Assembly (NCBI RefSeq): GCF_001194135.2
Contig: NC_068988.1
Coordinates: 93,492,614-93,556,613 of the forward strand
Origin: Octopus bimaculoides
Taxonomy: Eukaryota
Length of the DNA stretch: 64,000 nt
Direction: 5' to 3'
Of this stretch, positions 1 to 14,785 are shown piece after piece (positions within the stretch are counted from its first letter, which is position 1; each line of letters opens with the position of its first letter). A program made the position numbers and the translations under genes. The notes beneath the pieces were generated by a model that was given only the letters and a program-made list of their open reading frames with translations, was not told the origin of the DNA and did not search any database.

Positions 1-139
1 ACCCAACAAACACTGAACCAGTGAACGTGCTTTACCGGTAAATTACCATACAATTTATTAACTGATTTCACTAATCTTGGATTACCTTGATAACTTTGCA
101 TTAACATATATTTTCAGAAATATTAATATTAATATATAT

Positions 140-181
<42 letters not shown>

Positions 182-1795
182 GGCGGGGTGAACCCTGCTG
201 TACTCTTGTCAATCTGCCCTCGTACGTCATGTTTTCTCCCTTTCTCTGCTCTCTGATCGATGCCTTTTTCAGCTAACACTCGGTTTCCTTTTTTTCAATC
301 TGTGTTACTACCTTTTTCTTCTTTCTCTTACTTGTGCTAATTTCCAACCATTTCCAACCACGTAACACTTCGTCTCTTTTGGATGAAGTATTTTGTCCGA
401 AACGTTACATTTCACTTCTCCCTTCCACCATAAAGCTTATTCCATTTATTTGAATTATTGCACAGAATAATTCTTGCTTTTCAGAATTCATTACTTTTTC
501 TACCATTTTATGTTCATCTTTCAATTTCTGCTGATATTATTTGTTTCCCTAACCTACATCTATTTTTGCAAAATGGGGCCTTTAAATATATTTAAATCTG
601 GAGAAACATGATGAAGGCGTATTAAGTGTCTGGGTAACAGATCTAAGTGCTGTGAAGAACGATAGGGATTTTAAAAAAACAATGAATATAGATCATAGGG
701 TACCATAAAACAAATTAGCATTTACTACCTTAATGGTTTCCAATGCTTTGACATAAACAGCTTTCAAGAACCGCTGTTGCTGTTCTAGATACAATGAAAT
801 TGCTCTGATAACCAAAAACAGTATTGGTTTCGTCTTCTTTGACGACCTTGTAACCAAAATTATCATAACTTGAATAACATATCCCCTGTCACGGATGAAT
901 CGGCTTACTTAAGAAAGGGTAAACACAGCGAAATATAGAAAAAAACGTCTGGAAGAGGCAAGCGTGTAAATAACACAATTATAGGTGAAGGAATTGGTTG
1001 GTGAGTTAGTACTGTTTCTATTGTTGTTTGTTGTTGATTAAATTCGGTAAGTTTTGATAATTTAAGAGAAGACAAAGTAAAGAAACTTTATGGTAAACAT
1101 ACAAAAAGTGAAGGACCGAAAGTAGAACATAGACACAATAGCCTTGATTGCCATGCACTGCAGCAGATCATTTCCAGCTCTTTGTCTTGGCAACTTAGAC
1201 ATAACAAGTGAGAGATTTATTATAACTGACAATTTACACAAATTCTCTTTTTAAAATCTTCAAAAAACACTAATAAATGGCCAGTCGTATATATTAATGT
1301 CAAAGACTAAAATAACAATATTTGGAGTCGTATCAGATTCTTCAGACTATTATCCCCATCGTTTGTATATTTTTTCGCTTTTCGACGTTTCAATTTCTGA
1401 TCATCCTGACAGGAATAACTATCATTTGTTTTGGGTTTCAATTTACAACTGATTTTTTTTTGTTTGTTTTAAACAGGGTTTTTAACTTCTTTAACTTCTT
1501 TGTAATAATCCTGATAGAAAAAAAATTGTTCCAAGATAAAATCAATAACAAAAGAATTAAAACTCATTCACACATGTGTGTATGTGTGCGTGAATTTGTG
1601 TAATTTATACACTCACATATATACATCTTCTTTTTTTCTGTTACTTGTATCAGTCATTAGACTGCGGTCATGCTGGGGCATCGCTTTGAAGAATTTTAAT
1701 CGAACGAATCGACCCCGGTACTTATTTTTATAAGCGCAGTGCTTATTCTATCGCTAAGTTACGGGGACGTAAACCACACCAGTTGTCAAGCAATG

Positions 1796-1806
1796 ACACA
1801 CACACA

Positions 1807-1890
<84 letters not shown>

Positions 1891-1892
1891 CA
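1796..1892. repeat. (CA)n microsatellite, representative of dozens of CA/TA/GA/TATG/CAC/TAT/GAT tracts
   Basis: Seen directly. Other long tracts include 13261-13288, 16680-16772, 17411-17487, 27440-27505, 33860-34032, 42729-42781, 45230-45530, 50048-50110, 55455-55545, 55840-55983, 62006-62432, 63560-63720. Confidence 0.95.
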
Positions 1893-2018
1893 TACAAGTT
1901 TCTTTCAGTTTCTGTCTATCAAATCCATTCACAAAGCATTGGTCGGCCCAAGGCTGAGGTACTTGCTCAACATGCCACTCAGTGGAACTGAACTCGGAAC
2001 CGATTTCTGAGAGAAATC

Positions 2019-2270
2019 GTGTGGCCTAGTGGTCAGGGTTGTTGCATTCACGATCGCAAGATGTTGATTTCGATTCCCAGATCAAACGAATCGTGGTGCT
2101 CTTGAGAAAAAAAAACCCCCTTCATTTCACGTTACATCATTGTAGTGAATGAGTAACCCTGCGAAGGACTGGCGTCACGTTCAGGGGAAATGTGATGATC
2201 TCGGTCACTTAAACACTTTGGAAGCCAGGGGACCTGTCTTATGAGCCCTAGGGCTCGAGATAGCTTCTTA
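2019..2270 (+). mobile_element. tRNA-derived SINE family C (CORE/V-SINE-like)
   Basis: Head GTGGCCTAGTGGT.AGGGTGTTGCA.TCAC.ATCG.AAGAT..TG.TTTC.ATTC, then cttgag.aaaac.cttcatttc.cgttg...gagta.accctgc.atgg..tgg.gtc. Further copies at about 39090-39420 (+), 49507-49740 (+), 7290-7520 (-), 17725-17975 (-) and a head at 58830-58891. Confidence 0.75.
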
Positions 2271-2526
2271 ACCACACAACCGTGCCTTAAAAAAAACTGC
2301 CAGTAAGGTGTAATTTGAGTTGTTATTTTTAGCAGAACGACTGACCGCGTGTAAGCATGTATATATTAGGATGGAATATAATTATTGACAAAGGCAAAGT
2401 CGACATCGGCGGTATTTGAGCTCGGAACATAGAGACGGACGGAATACGTCTAAGCATTTTGCTCGGTTTGCTAACGGTTTCGCCAGCACGTCGCCTAATT
2501 AAAGAATATAACTTTGAATTTTAAAT

Positions 2527-2722
2527 TTTGGCACAAGGCCAGCAATTTAGGGGAGGGGTAAGTTGATTACACTGACCCCGGTGCTCAACTGGTAATTATC
2601 TTATTGAGACCGAAAGGATGAAAGGCAAAGTCGGCCTCGGCAGAATTTGAACTCAGAACGAAGAGATGGACGAAATGCCGCTAAGCATCTCCGGTCTGCT
2701 AACGATTCTGCCAGTTCGTCGC
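2527..2722 (-). mobile_element. tRNA-derived SINE family A (minus-strand copy)
   Basis: Reverse complement of the consensus aaggcggcgagctggcagaatcgttagc...gagttcaaattccgccgaggtcgactttgcctttcatcctttcggggtcgataaaataagtaccag. Other minus copies at about 2385-2497, 4770-4930, 11460-11645, 12722-12900, 15965-16150, 17480-17645, 19230-19700, 28100-28265, 38600-38802, 51425-51615, 59085-59390. Confidence 0.8.
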
Positions 2723-4488
2723 TAAACTGTAAAATATAATTATTGTCAATTTAGAAAATAGAAACAATATTTTTGAATGTGAATATGTCAGCTTCTAAAT
2801 AAATGTCGAAGTAGCATAACATTTCTAGATTCCTAGACTTTAAAACATTCATAGAATATAAATGGTTAGAGACAAGAAAATATAAATACACGACGGTAAA
2901 ATTGGTGTTCCATCTAATTACGTATTCCATTTTGGTTTTCTGTCGAGTTACGAATATGTTTGAGGTAAAAGCCATTACTTCGTCTGTAATTTCGACGAAA
3001 GCGAAAATGCAAAAATAATGGTTCGTTGTGCTGCTTCCTGCAATTTTCGTTCTTAGAATGTTAGTTAGACTAACGAAGCTTGACTGAAGAAAGTTCGGAA
3101 TTGTTCCAGTATTAGTTTTCTATAAGATATTGAAACTTCGCATGACAGCAGCAATTTCTTTTACTTTTCGGATGTTTTATCTATATTTTTTACTTCTTTT
3201 TAAAGAAACACTCTAATGAGCGTTCTAAAGTCAGAAAAACCAACATTTCTTTTTTCTTTTTTCTCCCTCTCTCTCTTTCTTTGTTTTGTTTTGTTCTTTG
3301 CAAAACTAGTAAAGGATGAAGTTATTACCATATAACTTCTTAACTACCTCTAAACAAAATACGTTCCGTTTGCTGCTTGTCTCTATAAACAAAAGATAAG
3401 ATTTTCGATACGTGTATGTTTTCAGTTTTGTCTTGTTTTCAATTCCTTCTTGTGTTCGGTTTAAGGTTTCAAGCCGATAAAACTGATTCCAAAATTAACA
3501 CCGAAAAATGTTATCGTTTACTTTGTACACTGTATTTAGAATTCTCTATGATTCCCATTCAATAAAACACATTTGAAGTGGGAAACGAGAAGGAAAAGCC
3601 TGCAAAATAAGTGGAAATTATCCGTTGCAACCACGTAGTTTGGAGTTACTTACATTGAGAGGAATCTTGGTCACAGTATCTTCTACTTATGGCCTCGGAT
3701 TGACCGGTGCTTTGAGGGAGAATTCGGTCGACGGAAACTGTGTTGAAGCTTGTAGTACATATCTGTGTTTAATAACAGCTGATATAAATGTTGACTTGTT
3801 GGTTATTTTCTTTAGTCAAACTTTACATCGTATAGAGAGAGTGGAGAAGAGAGGGCGAGCGAGAGAGAGGGGGAAGAGAGAAGAGCGAGAGTCCAATACA
3901 ATGATTATCAAACTTTAAAAAAATGTACTGCCTTTGATTTGATCGAAAAAAACTCTTCAAGCTGGTCCCCCAGCATGGCCTCAGTTCAATGACTGAAACA
4001 AGTAAAAGAATAAAAGAGTAAATATCTACTCTTACTATAAACGGCTGATTCAGCCTTACTTCGAATCGGATCTCGATTTACCATTCTGACATTCGCTTCT
4101 GTCATTTTTGGCACCGATTGTAGCAGACAATCGGTGCCAAGTTGTCGTGCTGCTATTGTTGTTGTCATGATTGCTTGTTCCCCCGTCACCTCTGAACATG
4201 CAAAATAGAGTTAGATCAAAAGCATTCTAGCCGTGACCATCTCTCTTATTCAGATACATCGCAAATATAAAACAACCATTAACTATGGAGCTTTGACATA
4301 TGGAACCGAGGGGAAAAATATAGAAATTAAGCTCATCCAGGCACGGGTATGGCCGTGTGGTTGAGAAGCTCACTTTGCAACCACGAGATTTCGAGTTTAG
4401 TCCCATTGGGGACTAAACTCTAGTATAGCCTACAGTGACCAATCCCTTGTGAGAAAAGTTCAGTGGACGAAAACTGCGAGGAAGCCTG

Positions 4489-4539
<51 letters not shown>

Positions 4540-6250
4540 CACACAAACACGTGTGTGTGTTTGTCTGCGGCCTCACCCCTTGTGAACCGGTGTCGGTTTG
4601 TTTACTTAACGGTTGGGTCTAAGGGACCAATAGAGTAATTTACGTTTTGATTTCAAATCCCGTCAGGGTCAAATCTACTCTTTTACTCGCTAGATATTCT
4701 TTTCTTCTCAAGGCACAAGGCCCGAAATTTTTTGAGGATTAGATCAATTAGATCTAATCCCAGTCGATTAGATCAAGCCAAATACGCAACTGGTACTTAA
4801 TTTATCGACCCCAAAAGGATAAAAGGCAAAGTCGACCTCGGCGAAATTTGAACTCATGACATAAAGACAGACAATATGCCGCTAGGCATTTCGCCCGGTG
4901 TGCTAACGTTTCTGCCAGCTCGCCGCCTTATACTTTTCACATATTGATAGCGTAAAGTGCCCGTCGAGTAATGAGGTCTATATGCTCCATCAGATTCTTT
5001 AATAGAATTGAAGAGAAATTATCGTAGGAATGAAATGTGAAAATACAGATACGCAAAATTTAGAGATTGAAAATAATCTCTATGATGAAAGACTGAAACT
5101 TAGAAGTAAAAGTAAGAAATCAAAAAAATTTTTAGATTCTTGGACTTATATCGCTTTGTCAGATAAATTCGTTCGTGGACTTATATCGCATTGTCGGATA
5201 AATTCGTTCGTGTTTTTTTTTTCTACTTGATATTCCATCATCATGTTTGAAAAGAGGTAAAAATTGATTCAAATTTCAAAAACGATGAACAAAAGTTGTA
5301 GAGGAAATTGCTGGCCTTGTGCCAGAATTTGAAATGAACATTGCTCTTGGTTCTAAGGTGGTGAACTGGGCAGAGCCGTTAGCAGACCGAGGAAAATGCT
5401 TAGCAGCATTTCGTCCCTCCTTACGTTCTGAGTTCAAATTCCGTCGAGGTCGACTTTATCTTTTATCCTTTCGGGGTTGGTAAAACAATTAACCGACAAT
5501 GTAATCAACTTGCTCTCCTCTCCTAAATTGCAGGCATTGTGCCTATAGCAGAAACCAATATTAAGTTTTATACCTGTATTACATATCAATACAGTACATT
5601 TATAAAAGCTTCACACACGCACACCAAAGGTACGAAGAGCTGAGCTCGGTTATGTAGAGAAAAATGCATGAATCGTAAAATTACAGAAATTGGAATAAAA
5701 TATATATTTACCTTTATTATCCGGTCATAAAAGCAACTTTATTAGAAATGGTTGAGTGTCAGATGTGATCATACTGACAGCAAGAGTGCATCTCACTGAA
5801 AGAACATAAAAGATAGAAAATTGGCAAGCATAAGTGTTTTGCTAATGGGAAGCATTAGTTACGACAGAAATGGCACTGAAACTATGTAGATATGATTCTT
5901 TGTGTTCTTAATTACTGTTCTGCTACCTTCGAAGAAATAAGCAATGCTAAAATGGGAGATCTTACTGCCTTGTGCAAGAAAACATTATTTAATATTTGTT
6001 GCTTTTTGTTATTGTTTTATATTACTAGGAAAGAAACATCGAGTTTACCTGAATGGGCGCTAGGATATAACAGAAAATTATTAGTGGCCGTGTGGTAAGA
6101 AGTTCTGGGTTCAGTCCCACTGCATGGCACCTTGGGCAAGTGCCGTCTGCAATAGTTTCGGACTAACCAATCCTTGTGAGTGGATTTGGTAGACGGAAAC
6201 TGAAAGAAGGCCCCGTCGCATATATGTATATATGTAAATGGATATCTATG

Positions 6251-6281
<31 letters not shown>

Positions 6282-6283
6282 AC

Positions 6284-6315
<32 letters not shown>

Positions 6316-9300
6316 TTTGTGCCCCCTCCCCACCACTTGATAAACGGTGTTGGTGTATTTACGTCCCCGTAACTTAGTGGTTCGGCAAAATACACTGCCG
6401 TAAGTTACTGGGGTTGATTCATTCGACTAAAATGTCTTCAAAGTGGTGTCCCAGTATGGCCGCAGTCTAATGACTGAAACAAGTTAACGATAAAAGATGT
6501 TGTAACTTCATACAAGGTTGCACGCTTCAACTCACTTTTAATTTTCACCAATTAATATCGGATAATTTTCAACAAGGCACGAAATCTCCCTATTTTAATA
6601 GACTTTCTACATTATAAACTGAGTTTATATTTTCATTGATTATAATCTGTTATTGTTATATAACCGTTTGTGAGCTTTATGTTCAAAAGAATCCCATCCA
6701 TGACATCCTCGTTTATTCATAAATCCAGTGTTACACCGTCTGATGTATCATTCATTTTCAAGACGATAGGATATGTAAAGGCCTTCTCCGGTTTACGATT
6801 CGTTTTTGCTCGATCAACTGCCTCTGGTTTACGATTCGCATTCTTATTCGATAAACAACTGTTTGTAGACTCATACAGTACGTGGCTGAATATTCCAACA
6901 AATTTTACGTAATACACAAGTATAATGAACATGACACAGGCTATCAAGAGCAAACCCCTTTAAGTTATTGATGGAATCCATTTGACGGACGTCCACAGTT
7001 TCCGTCGATCCATTTTCACTCAAGAAGTTTGGACCGACTCAAGGCCACAGTAAAAATCATTGCCAAACAGTCCTCGAGGTGTCACACAGTGAAATCGGAC
7101 CCATGGCCTCGCAATGCAAACTTCTTAACATTCAGCTACGTGCGTTCATAATTCTTATACAAATCTCTATATATTACACAATAGGGTTTTAATCTTATGT
7201 TTTTCTTCCATATTTTAAGTTCCACCTAAATCGACCGAATGATCGAAAGTGTGGAGTAAAAAAAATATAATTACTGTCTAGAGTTCTAAGGACGGTTCCT
7301 GGTTTCTGTGGTGTACAAGGGACCGAGATTACAACCCTTTCTCTTGTCTGTGAAGCTAGTCTGTTGTAGGGTTACTCGTTGACAGTTGACTGAACTGGAG
7401 CAACGTACAATGAAGTATTTTGCTCGAGAACACAACGCACCGCCCGACCTGTGAATTGAAACCACGACCTTGCTATCGTGAGTGCAGCACCCTAACCACT
7501 AGACAACGCACCTTAATAGAGAAAGTAGAGACCAGGCTATAAATATTTAATCCTATATAATCTCTTCCTTCAATATTCAGAATTCAAATACTGCCATGGA
7601 CTTGCTCTTCTTCTTCATAGAAATATCTCACAATATCATAAATGTTAAACAGATATATTTCATACACTATAATCGGTTTTGTTGTACTAAATCCAAGCAA
7701 ACCTAACTTCGAAACCATGTTAGGATTACTTCATGTATTGTTGGGCCAACTCAAAAAATTGTTGCCCTCAAATAATGAATATGTACGTGACAATTTTCTG
7801 TTTTCTTTTGCCTGATAATACAAGGCTTTAAGCTTGTGTTGCCAGCTTATATTGCCGAGTAGTGTATGAAGAACTTGTTGTGGTATGGTTGCAAAGTTTC
7901 GTCTGATATGTGTCTGCTTAACAGTTTGGTAAGCTATACGGGTGTATTCACGTGTAATGTTACGGTTTTAAAATTGCAGTAAGGAATGGAATTCTCTGAT
8001 CTACTGATAAAAAAAAATTACTCGAAACTTACAGTTCTACGAAGCACTTGTGCATATGTATTTACTTTTGTGTGCACATATAATTATGCGTATCCAGAAA
8101 GAAAAAAAATCCTACGTTTATTCTGAAGGTGAAGATGCAAAATAGATTTATGCATTCATTGATAAAAATGTATTCAACTCTCCATTAACAAGATTCTTCA
8201 TTAAAAAATAAAGAAAGAAAAATAATAAACGGTGGAGGAAAAGAAACGAAAGAAAAGCCCCTCAAAAAACAAAGTTTTAAAACATGTTTCGTTCAGAAGT
8301 TTCTAAAATGAAACAACAGTGGCAGGGTAAAACGTTTGGGTAACTTCCTGAGCGCAAAAGGATAGCAACAAAATGGGGTTAGCAGGAGCTGTTGTGGAGA
8401 GATCGTTGCTAACCTACTGAGTTGATCAGGTTGGGAAACAGTGAGCCTGCTGAGATGAACATACACTGTGCAGAAACGAATATGTCTTGGCCATCACTCA
8501 GTCATTCATAACTTAATGATGCATCGTTTTAAATAAATTTTACTGATGTTGTCAGTCAGCTCTGTCGCTGCCTATAACATAATTTACTTTGCATAAACAG
8601 GCTCTGCTTCTTGCATACAAATATGGGGGTTGTAGAGTTGATGCAAGATGATACCTAAGTTCAATCTTACCGTGTACCCATGATGCAATTTGAGTTCTCA
8701 TCTGAAATCCCCTCGCTTATGTTTCTGATGCCCTAGAGAAGGAAAGAAAAAAAATAGCATAAATGTTATGTCTTATTTTACCCCTGCATATGTATCTGAG
8801 AATATTTTAAACGCATTTGAAAAATCAATTATTTCTTTACAACTTATCAGGTCGTGGCGTATCATCTGGTTAAATCATAGAAGTAGATTGACATACTGTT
8901 CCCTTTAAATATTTCGTGGAAGACTTTACAATAGATTTGTCTCAGCTTTGTATCTAGTCAAGAACGTATGCGTATGTAACCTCCTATACCACGCTTTTGG
9001 TTTACTGTGGACTCGTTAATTTACAAATATTATTACTAAATCAGTAATTATTTTGGAGTTATTAAATTATCTTCCTAAAGAAAGATATTTGAAACTAATG
9101 GCGTTTTAAGTGAGTAATTCGTGCTGTCTTTTCGTTCAGTCGAAAGTCAAACAAGATCTGTTAGTTAACCCTGCTTTAGAAGGCTGCCTGCTTGCTCTTA
9201 CTTAAATACTGAGGAGACAAGCCCACAACTCACCTCAACCATCCAGTGATCCAGAACAATGAAGTATTTTCCATATCTGTTTTGAAATAAATAGTTTTGC

Positions 9301-9719
9301 TATTGTTTCATTCACTTTAGAATAGATTTGCCTCAATTTTTTTTCCCCGAATTAAGATATCTTCTAGGAATAAACATTTTTGTATATTACATCGTTTCAC
9401 GTTTCTGGATCAGAAAGCTGAAAGTAAGCTAAACAAAAAATCACGAATATTGGAAATTGTTCTGTAATTAATGGAATTTGTTCATCTTTATTTCTGTATA
9501 AACAATTAGTGCTTTGTTACTGCAGTGAGGCACTTGGGCCCATTGAAGTGGTTGGTAGCTCTAGATTCAAAGGAGTTGAGCGGCTGAAAGGTAAAGTTTA
9601 CCCAAATTACACTTACTCAGACTTGGCTGCTCCTGCATCGGGCGACATCCGGGGGTGTCAAAACCCTTCAGCAGAATCAGTCAGCATCCACTGTCAATGT
9701 ATCATTCCATCATAGGTTT

Positions 9720-10140
9720 ACCAGCTGAAAGTCCCTACCGATTGTCCAGTGCCAGTTCTTGGTTTGTCCCCTACATCATTGCTCCTGGTGGTTTCCCTAA
9801 AGGACTTAGGTGGTGACTCTGTTCATTGGGAGTTTTATGATATTTCTTAGCCAATTCAGTTGGTGTTTGCAGATGGTGATGGACACTGGGCGTTGGTTTA
9901 CTCTTTTGGCTTCTTCGATGCTGATAAAATCATTCCATTTGATGCTTAGTATTTTCCAAAGGTATTTGCTCTCAAAAGTGTCCACTTTCTTTTCTTGGCT
10001 GCTTTTCAGGTGTTATGTTTCACAGCCATATGTATTCCGAAGTCAGTTGATCAAAAGCGCTAATTCCAGATAAACTGATCTCTGTTAAGATACCTAAGAT
10101 TAAGGAAACAATCCAGATACCGATTTATGGAAGGTTAGCA
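9720..10140 (-). mobile_element. RTE-clade LINE 3' ORF fragment
   Basis: Minus strand: YGCET*HLKSSQEKKVDTFESKYLWKILSIKWNDFISIEEAKRVNQRPVSITICKHQLNWL, the typical RTE C-terminal YGCETW...KILxIxW...LxW pattern, with stops. Confidence 0.75.
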
Positions 10141-11959
10141 TAGGGTCTCATATGCTGTTTGTTTATCAACGAAATATGGAATGAATCGAAATGTTTTCGC
10201 CGCTAAAGATTCTCTCTCAAAGTTTTAGGCATAGACCTCCCTTAAAAAACCTTTATCCTAATCTTGTTTATAATCAGAAAGAGAATGAAATGTCTGAATC
10301 AGATACGCACCAATAATCTATGTGTCAGTTGCTGCTGTCTAACTTTAGGCACTCGTTTCCCTTAACTAAAATGAATGGAAAAACAAAAATTAAGTATTTA
10401 TATTTCTGCTTTGATATTCATAAGCAGAGTTACCACCTTAAAGTGATTCACTTGGTAAATATTAGAGGATAAGGTGATCGGTGTAAACGACCACACACGC
10501 TCTTACACACCGGGTCTTCCCAAAAATGATAGCACACATTGAATGATTATAAAGTCATTGTTTGTTGAAATACGTTTCATTTTCAAAATTGAACAGGATC
10601 TACAGAAAAAATTCTATCTTTTCGATATATGCCTGTTTTAATCTGATTGTGTTTCTCGTTCAAACGTTGCGGTTTAGAATTTGGTTTAGATTAAGCATAA
10701 GAGCACAAAAAGAACAGCTTTTTGTCCTTACTTTTTGTCTCATTCTTTAAAAGAAATTTAGTGATATTTTCGAAGCATTTCTTTTTCTTCTCCTTTATTT
10801 TATAAGTGTAAGTATCAAAGTTCGACGATCCATTTAAATATTTAATAAATCTGGGAGTCTGGTATTCCTGGTGAGGCAAGCAAATATTCTTCCTACTTCT
10901 AGGGTAGGATATAAAATGTTGCCTGTAGCGAATGTGTAGTAGTTTAGAATGATCTAAATTCAAGCGTTTCGTTTTCCACTACCCCATATGATGGCCTCCA
11001 CGTTCGAAGACTCCGAAACCCTTTGATGGCAACGCGAACCAACAATATTTTTTACTCACACACACACACACGTGTGTGTGTATGTGTGTGTGTGTGTATG
11101 TGTGTGTGTGTGTATGTGTGTGTGTGTGTGTGTGTGAATGTACTTTTGCATCTGAGCTTAGTCCCCCAACACTGCTTGATAAGCGGTGTTGCTGTGTTTA
11201 CGACTCCGTAACTTTGCGGTTCGGCAAAAGACCGATGGAATAAGTACCAGGCTTAGAAAGAAAATAAGCACATAGTTCGATTAGTCCAGTTAAAGTTTCT
11301 CAAGTCTCCAGCACGGCCTCAGTCTAATGACTGAAACAAGTAAAAGAATAAAACAACATGGTGGTCCTGAAAGAAAACATTTCCCAGGCGGAGCTCTATG
11401 GAACGTGACCAGCAAGAGGAGGGCTTGCTCCTGATTTGAACCTAAGATCAGCAATCATAAAGGAAGGGGATTAACAGATACCATCGACCCCGCCACCGGT
11501 ACTTGGCTGGCACTTTATTTTAGCGACCCTGACAAAATAAAAGGAAAAAGTTAACGTTGGTCGGAATTGAGCATTCGAATGTAAAGGGCAGGGACAAATA
11601 CCGCAAGGTATTCTGATCGACGCTTTAACGATTCTGCCAACCCAGCAACGCGAGCAGTGATACTTATATTATTTATTCTGGATATAAATCAAGCGACTTC
11701 CTGAGCAATAATCTGTGTTTCGTGTTTCGCACGTGTTTCTCCCAAACTGATGTTTCTGTTAATTAAAAGCGATATTATTTGGGATTTACAGCTTTTTTAT
11801 TCGTCTAACCTTTCATTTTTTGTATAAGTTACACTGACGAAGGAAGTTTCAACAATTACTCTTTATGTATTGTATACGTAAGAAAGCAACAAAGCAACAC
11901 TTCACGTGCAAGGGATCACGGAAGAAAGTTTTAAATTCTACTTGTTTTGTGGTGGGTAG

Positions 11960-12135
11960 AATCCTCAGATATCTAGGCTTCTATCAGAAGCAACTGTTGC
12001 TATACTTTCCGGCTGGATTTCCCAAGTGTGACCAGCTGAAACCATGGATATTATCCAACCATCTCGTTCTCTGTCTGTCTCTAGATCTTCTGCCGATGAG
12101 GTTGGTTCAAATCCGTCTTGCGATTTTTTTCCTGT
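11960..12135 (-). mobile_element. RTE/BovB-like LINE extreme 3' fragment
   Basis: Minus strand: GRRSRDRQRTRWLDNI...ATVASDR, matching the GxRxRGRQRxRWLD RTE terminus. Confidence 0.55.
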
Positions 12136-13259
12136 GACAATCTAATCACATAGGCGCAGGACTGACTGTGTGGTAAGAAGCTTGCCCCCCAGCCACAGGG
12201 TTCCGTTGCTCCAGAAATCATTGGAAGGATTCTGCTATTGTTATTGTATTGTTTATTCAGTTGTTTTTGGAGTCGTGTCTTGTATCCCTGTTCCAGTAAA
12301 GGAATGTTGTATAGCGTCTTTTGGTGATGCAGGGTGATTCTAATTGTAAAAATGGAAATGCACGTCCACGTAATTAAGTTTGATTTGAAATCACATGATT
12401 TTCAATTCGATTCCACGGCGCACCATGTTTGGAAGCTTCGAGTCCATCAAAGTCTCGTAACAGAAATTATATAGGTGGAAAGCATGCGGAAGCGGGCTGA
12501 ATGTTCTTGGGCGGTAGACCTATTTGCTGCTTGGTTCGACCCAGCCAGCTAGACCTTAGATGCCGTTGGTGGAGGGCTGAAAAGTCCTTAATGTAACGAT
12601 AGATTTCTCTCCTCCTCTCTCCAAAGTCGGAGAACCTGCGAAAAATGACGTATGTAGCCCTACCACCGTTGACAACTCGAGATGAAAAAATATAAACGAT
12701 TTAAGTAATGTATTGGCTTCAGATTTTGGCACAAGGCCAGCGATTTCGGGGGAGAGTTAAGTCGATTACATCGAACCCAGTGCTTAACTGGCATTTATTT
12801 TATCGACCTCGGCGGAATTTGAACTCGGAACGTAATGACGGACGAAATGCCGCTAAGCATTTCGCCCGACGTGCTTACGATTCTGCCAGCTCACCGCCGT
12901 AAGGATCCAATATATCATAGTTTTGAAAGGTGTTTAATAAACTAGAAACATGGGATGAGAGGTGGGGAAGATAACAAGAGTGTTAGCATCGCATATTAAC
13001 TAGTTTTCGTTATTGTTCTACAAACTAGAGAGGGGAGATGTTTCAGCTAAAATTTAATCCAAACGAACAGATTTAAACAATTACTCACACAAAAATTAGT
13101 TTATACTGCGTGTTGTTTGTTCCTCCAACACAAGTACTTTGTCATGTCAAAAGAAAATTATGAGATATAGACAGAGAGAAAAAGACAGAAAGAACAAGAC
13201 AGAGAGAAATAGACTGAAACAAAAAAAAAAACAACAGCAAACACTTGCGATGAGAATCT

Positions 13260-13290
<31 letters not shown>

Positions 13291-13952
13291 TACTGAGCGC
13301 CATCTTGTATTCAGTCAGCAGTTTTAGATATTTTCCGCTAAATTGCTTGTCACCGGCTTGTTTTATTGAAAACATCGTTTGTTTTCCTGGTTTTCGTTGG
13401 AAGCTGTGACAGTTCTGTATATTTGTGACTGCTAAAGTGAAATGAAGCGGTGTCTATCAACGATTTCCACGGTCTCAACGAAAAATATCTTGAAAATATT
13501 GCTACCGAAATATTGCTTGGAATGGAAATCTGTTTATGTGTGTGTGTGCNNNNNNNNNNNNNNNNNNNNNNNNNNNNNNNNNNNNNNNNNNNNNNNNNNN
13601 NNNNNNNNNNNNNNNNNNNNNNNNNNNNNNNNNNNNNNNNNNNNNNNNNNNNNNNNNNNNNNNNNNNNNNNNNNNNNNNNNNNNNNNNNNNNNNNNNNNN
13701 NNNNNNNNNNNNNNNNNNNNNNNNNNNNNNNNNNNNNNNNNNNNNNNNNNNNNNNNNNNNNNNNNNNNNNNNNNNNNNNNNNNNNNNNNNNNNNNNNNNN
13801 NNNNNNNNNNNNNNNNNNNNNNNNNNNNNNNNNNNNNNNNNNNNNNNNNNNNNNNNNNNNNNNNNNNNNNNNNNNNNNNNTATATATATCTAAACATGTG
13901 TATATTTACGAGCATATGTTTGCACATTTGCATACATACATATATAGAAACA

Positions 13953-13997
<45 letters not shown>

Positions 13998-14482
13998 AAA
14001 CACACTTATATCAAATATAAATACACATATGCTATATGTTGGTCAAAATGTTTTATAAAAAAAAAAAAAAGAAATTAGTGGAACTACTTCCTGTTTGTAC
14101 TTCATTCTTCAACAAATAATTATTCTAAACAAGTAATCCGAGATTCAGCAACAAAAACAAGACCAAAAATTAAAACCAAAAAGTATATTTGTGTTATCAG
14201 TAGAGTGTTATAGTTTTAAGATGTCGAAATGGTGTCTTTATGGCGTTGCTTCATCGCTGCTGAGTTAGGGATAACTGCGAAGGTAATTCATGTGAAGTAA
14301 TTTAGCCAGAATACATTATGTAATATGATGCGGAAGATTATTCTTGATAGTTATTTGTGGTGGATATAAACGAAGCAGGGTTGTGCTAAACATTCTTAAC
14401 AATCATGGACTGAATCATATAGGTTGTCCTACGTGCCCGCCACTTTAGAGGTGAGATCCACGGTTGTGGCATTCATTTAAAG

Positions 14483-14767
14483 CAGTGGTTCTCGACCATA
14501 TCTTTCTTTTTTACCTGTGGACCTCTTTGACTCCTGTTTTTACTTGGGTGGATTTTCTTAGCCATTCCATGTTTTAAAGAAACTGTTATATTTTTATAAT
14601 TGAATATTAAGAATTATATTAAAAAATCGTTAAAACATTTTGAGTATTGTAGAAGTAGACCCAGTTTATTGCACATAAATTTTAACAGCAACATCTTATA
14701 AGGACCCCAGGGGTGATATGGGGGTCTAAGGGTCACATGTATCTCGGTTGATACATGTTGAACACTG
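14483..14767. mobile_element. hAT (Charlie-like) MITE with intact 8-bp target-site duplication
   Basis: Termini CAGTGGTTCTC...GTTGAACACTG. Perfect TSD ATTTAAAG at 14475-14482 and 14768-14775. A second copy lies at 21181. Confidence 0.8.
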
Positions 14768-14785
14768 ATTTAAAGTGTAACTTAT

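Noticed and set aside
6670-6953. Overlapping ORFs containing a duplicated GGTTTACGATTCG
   Set aside because: No recognisable domain or splice sites; probably decayed repeat.
7740-7960. Possible Penelope GIY-YIG remnant on the minus strand
   Set aside because: Similarity too weak to support without a search.
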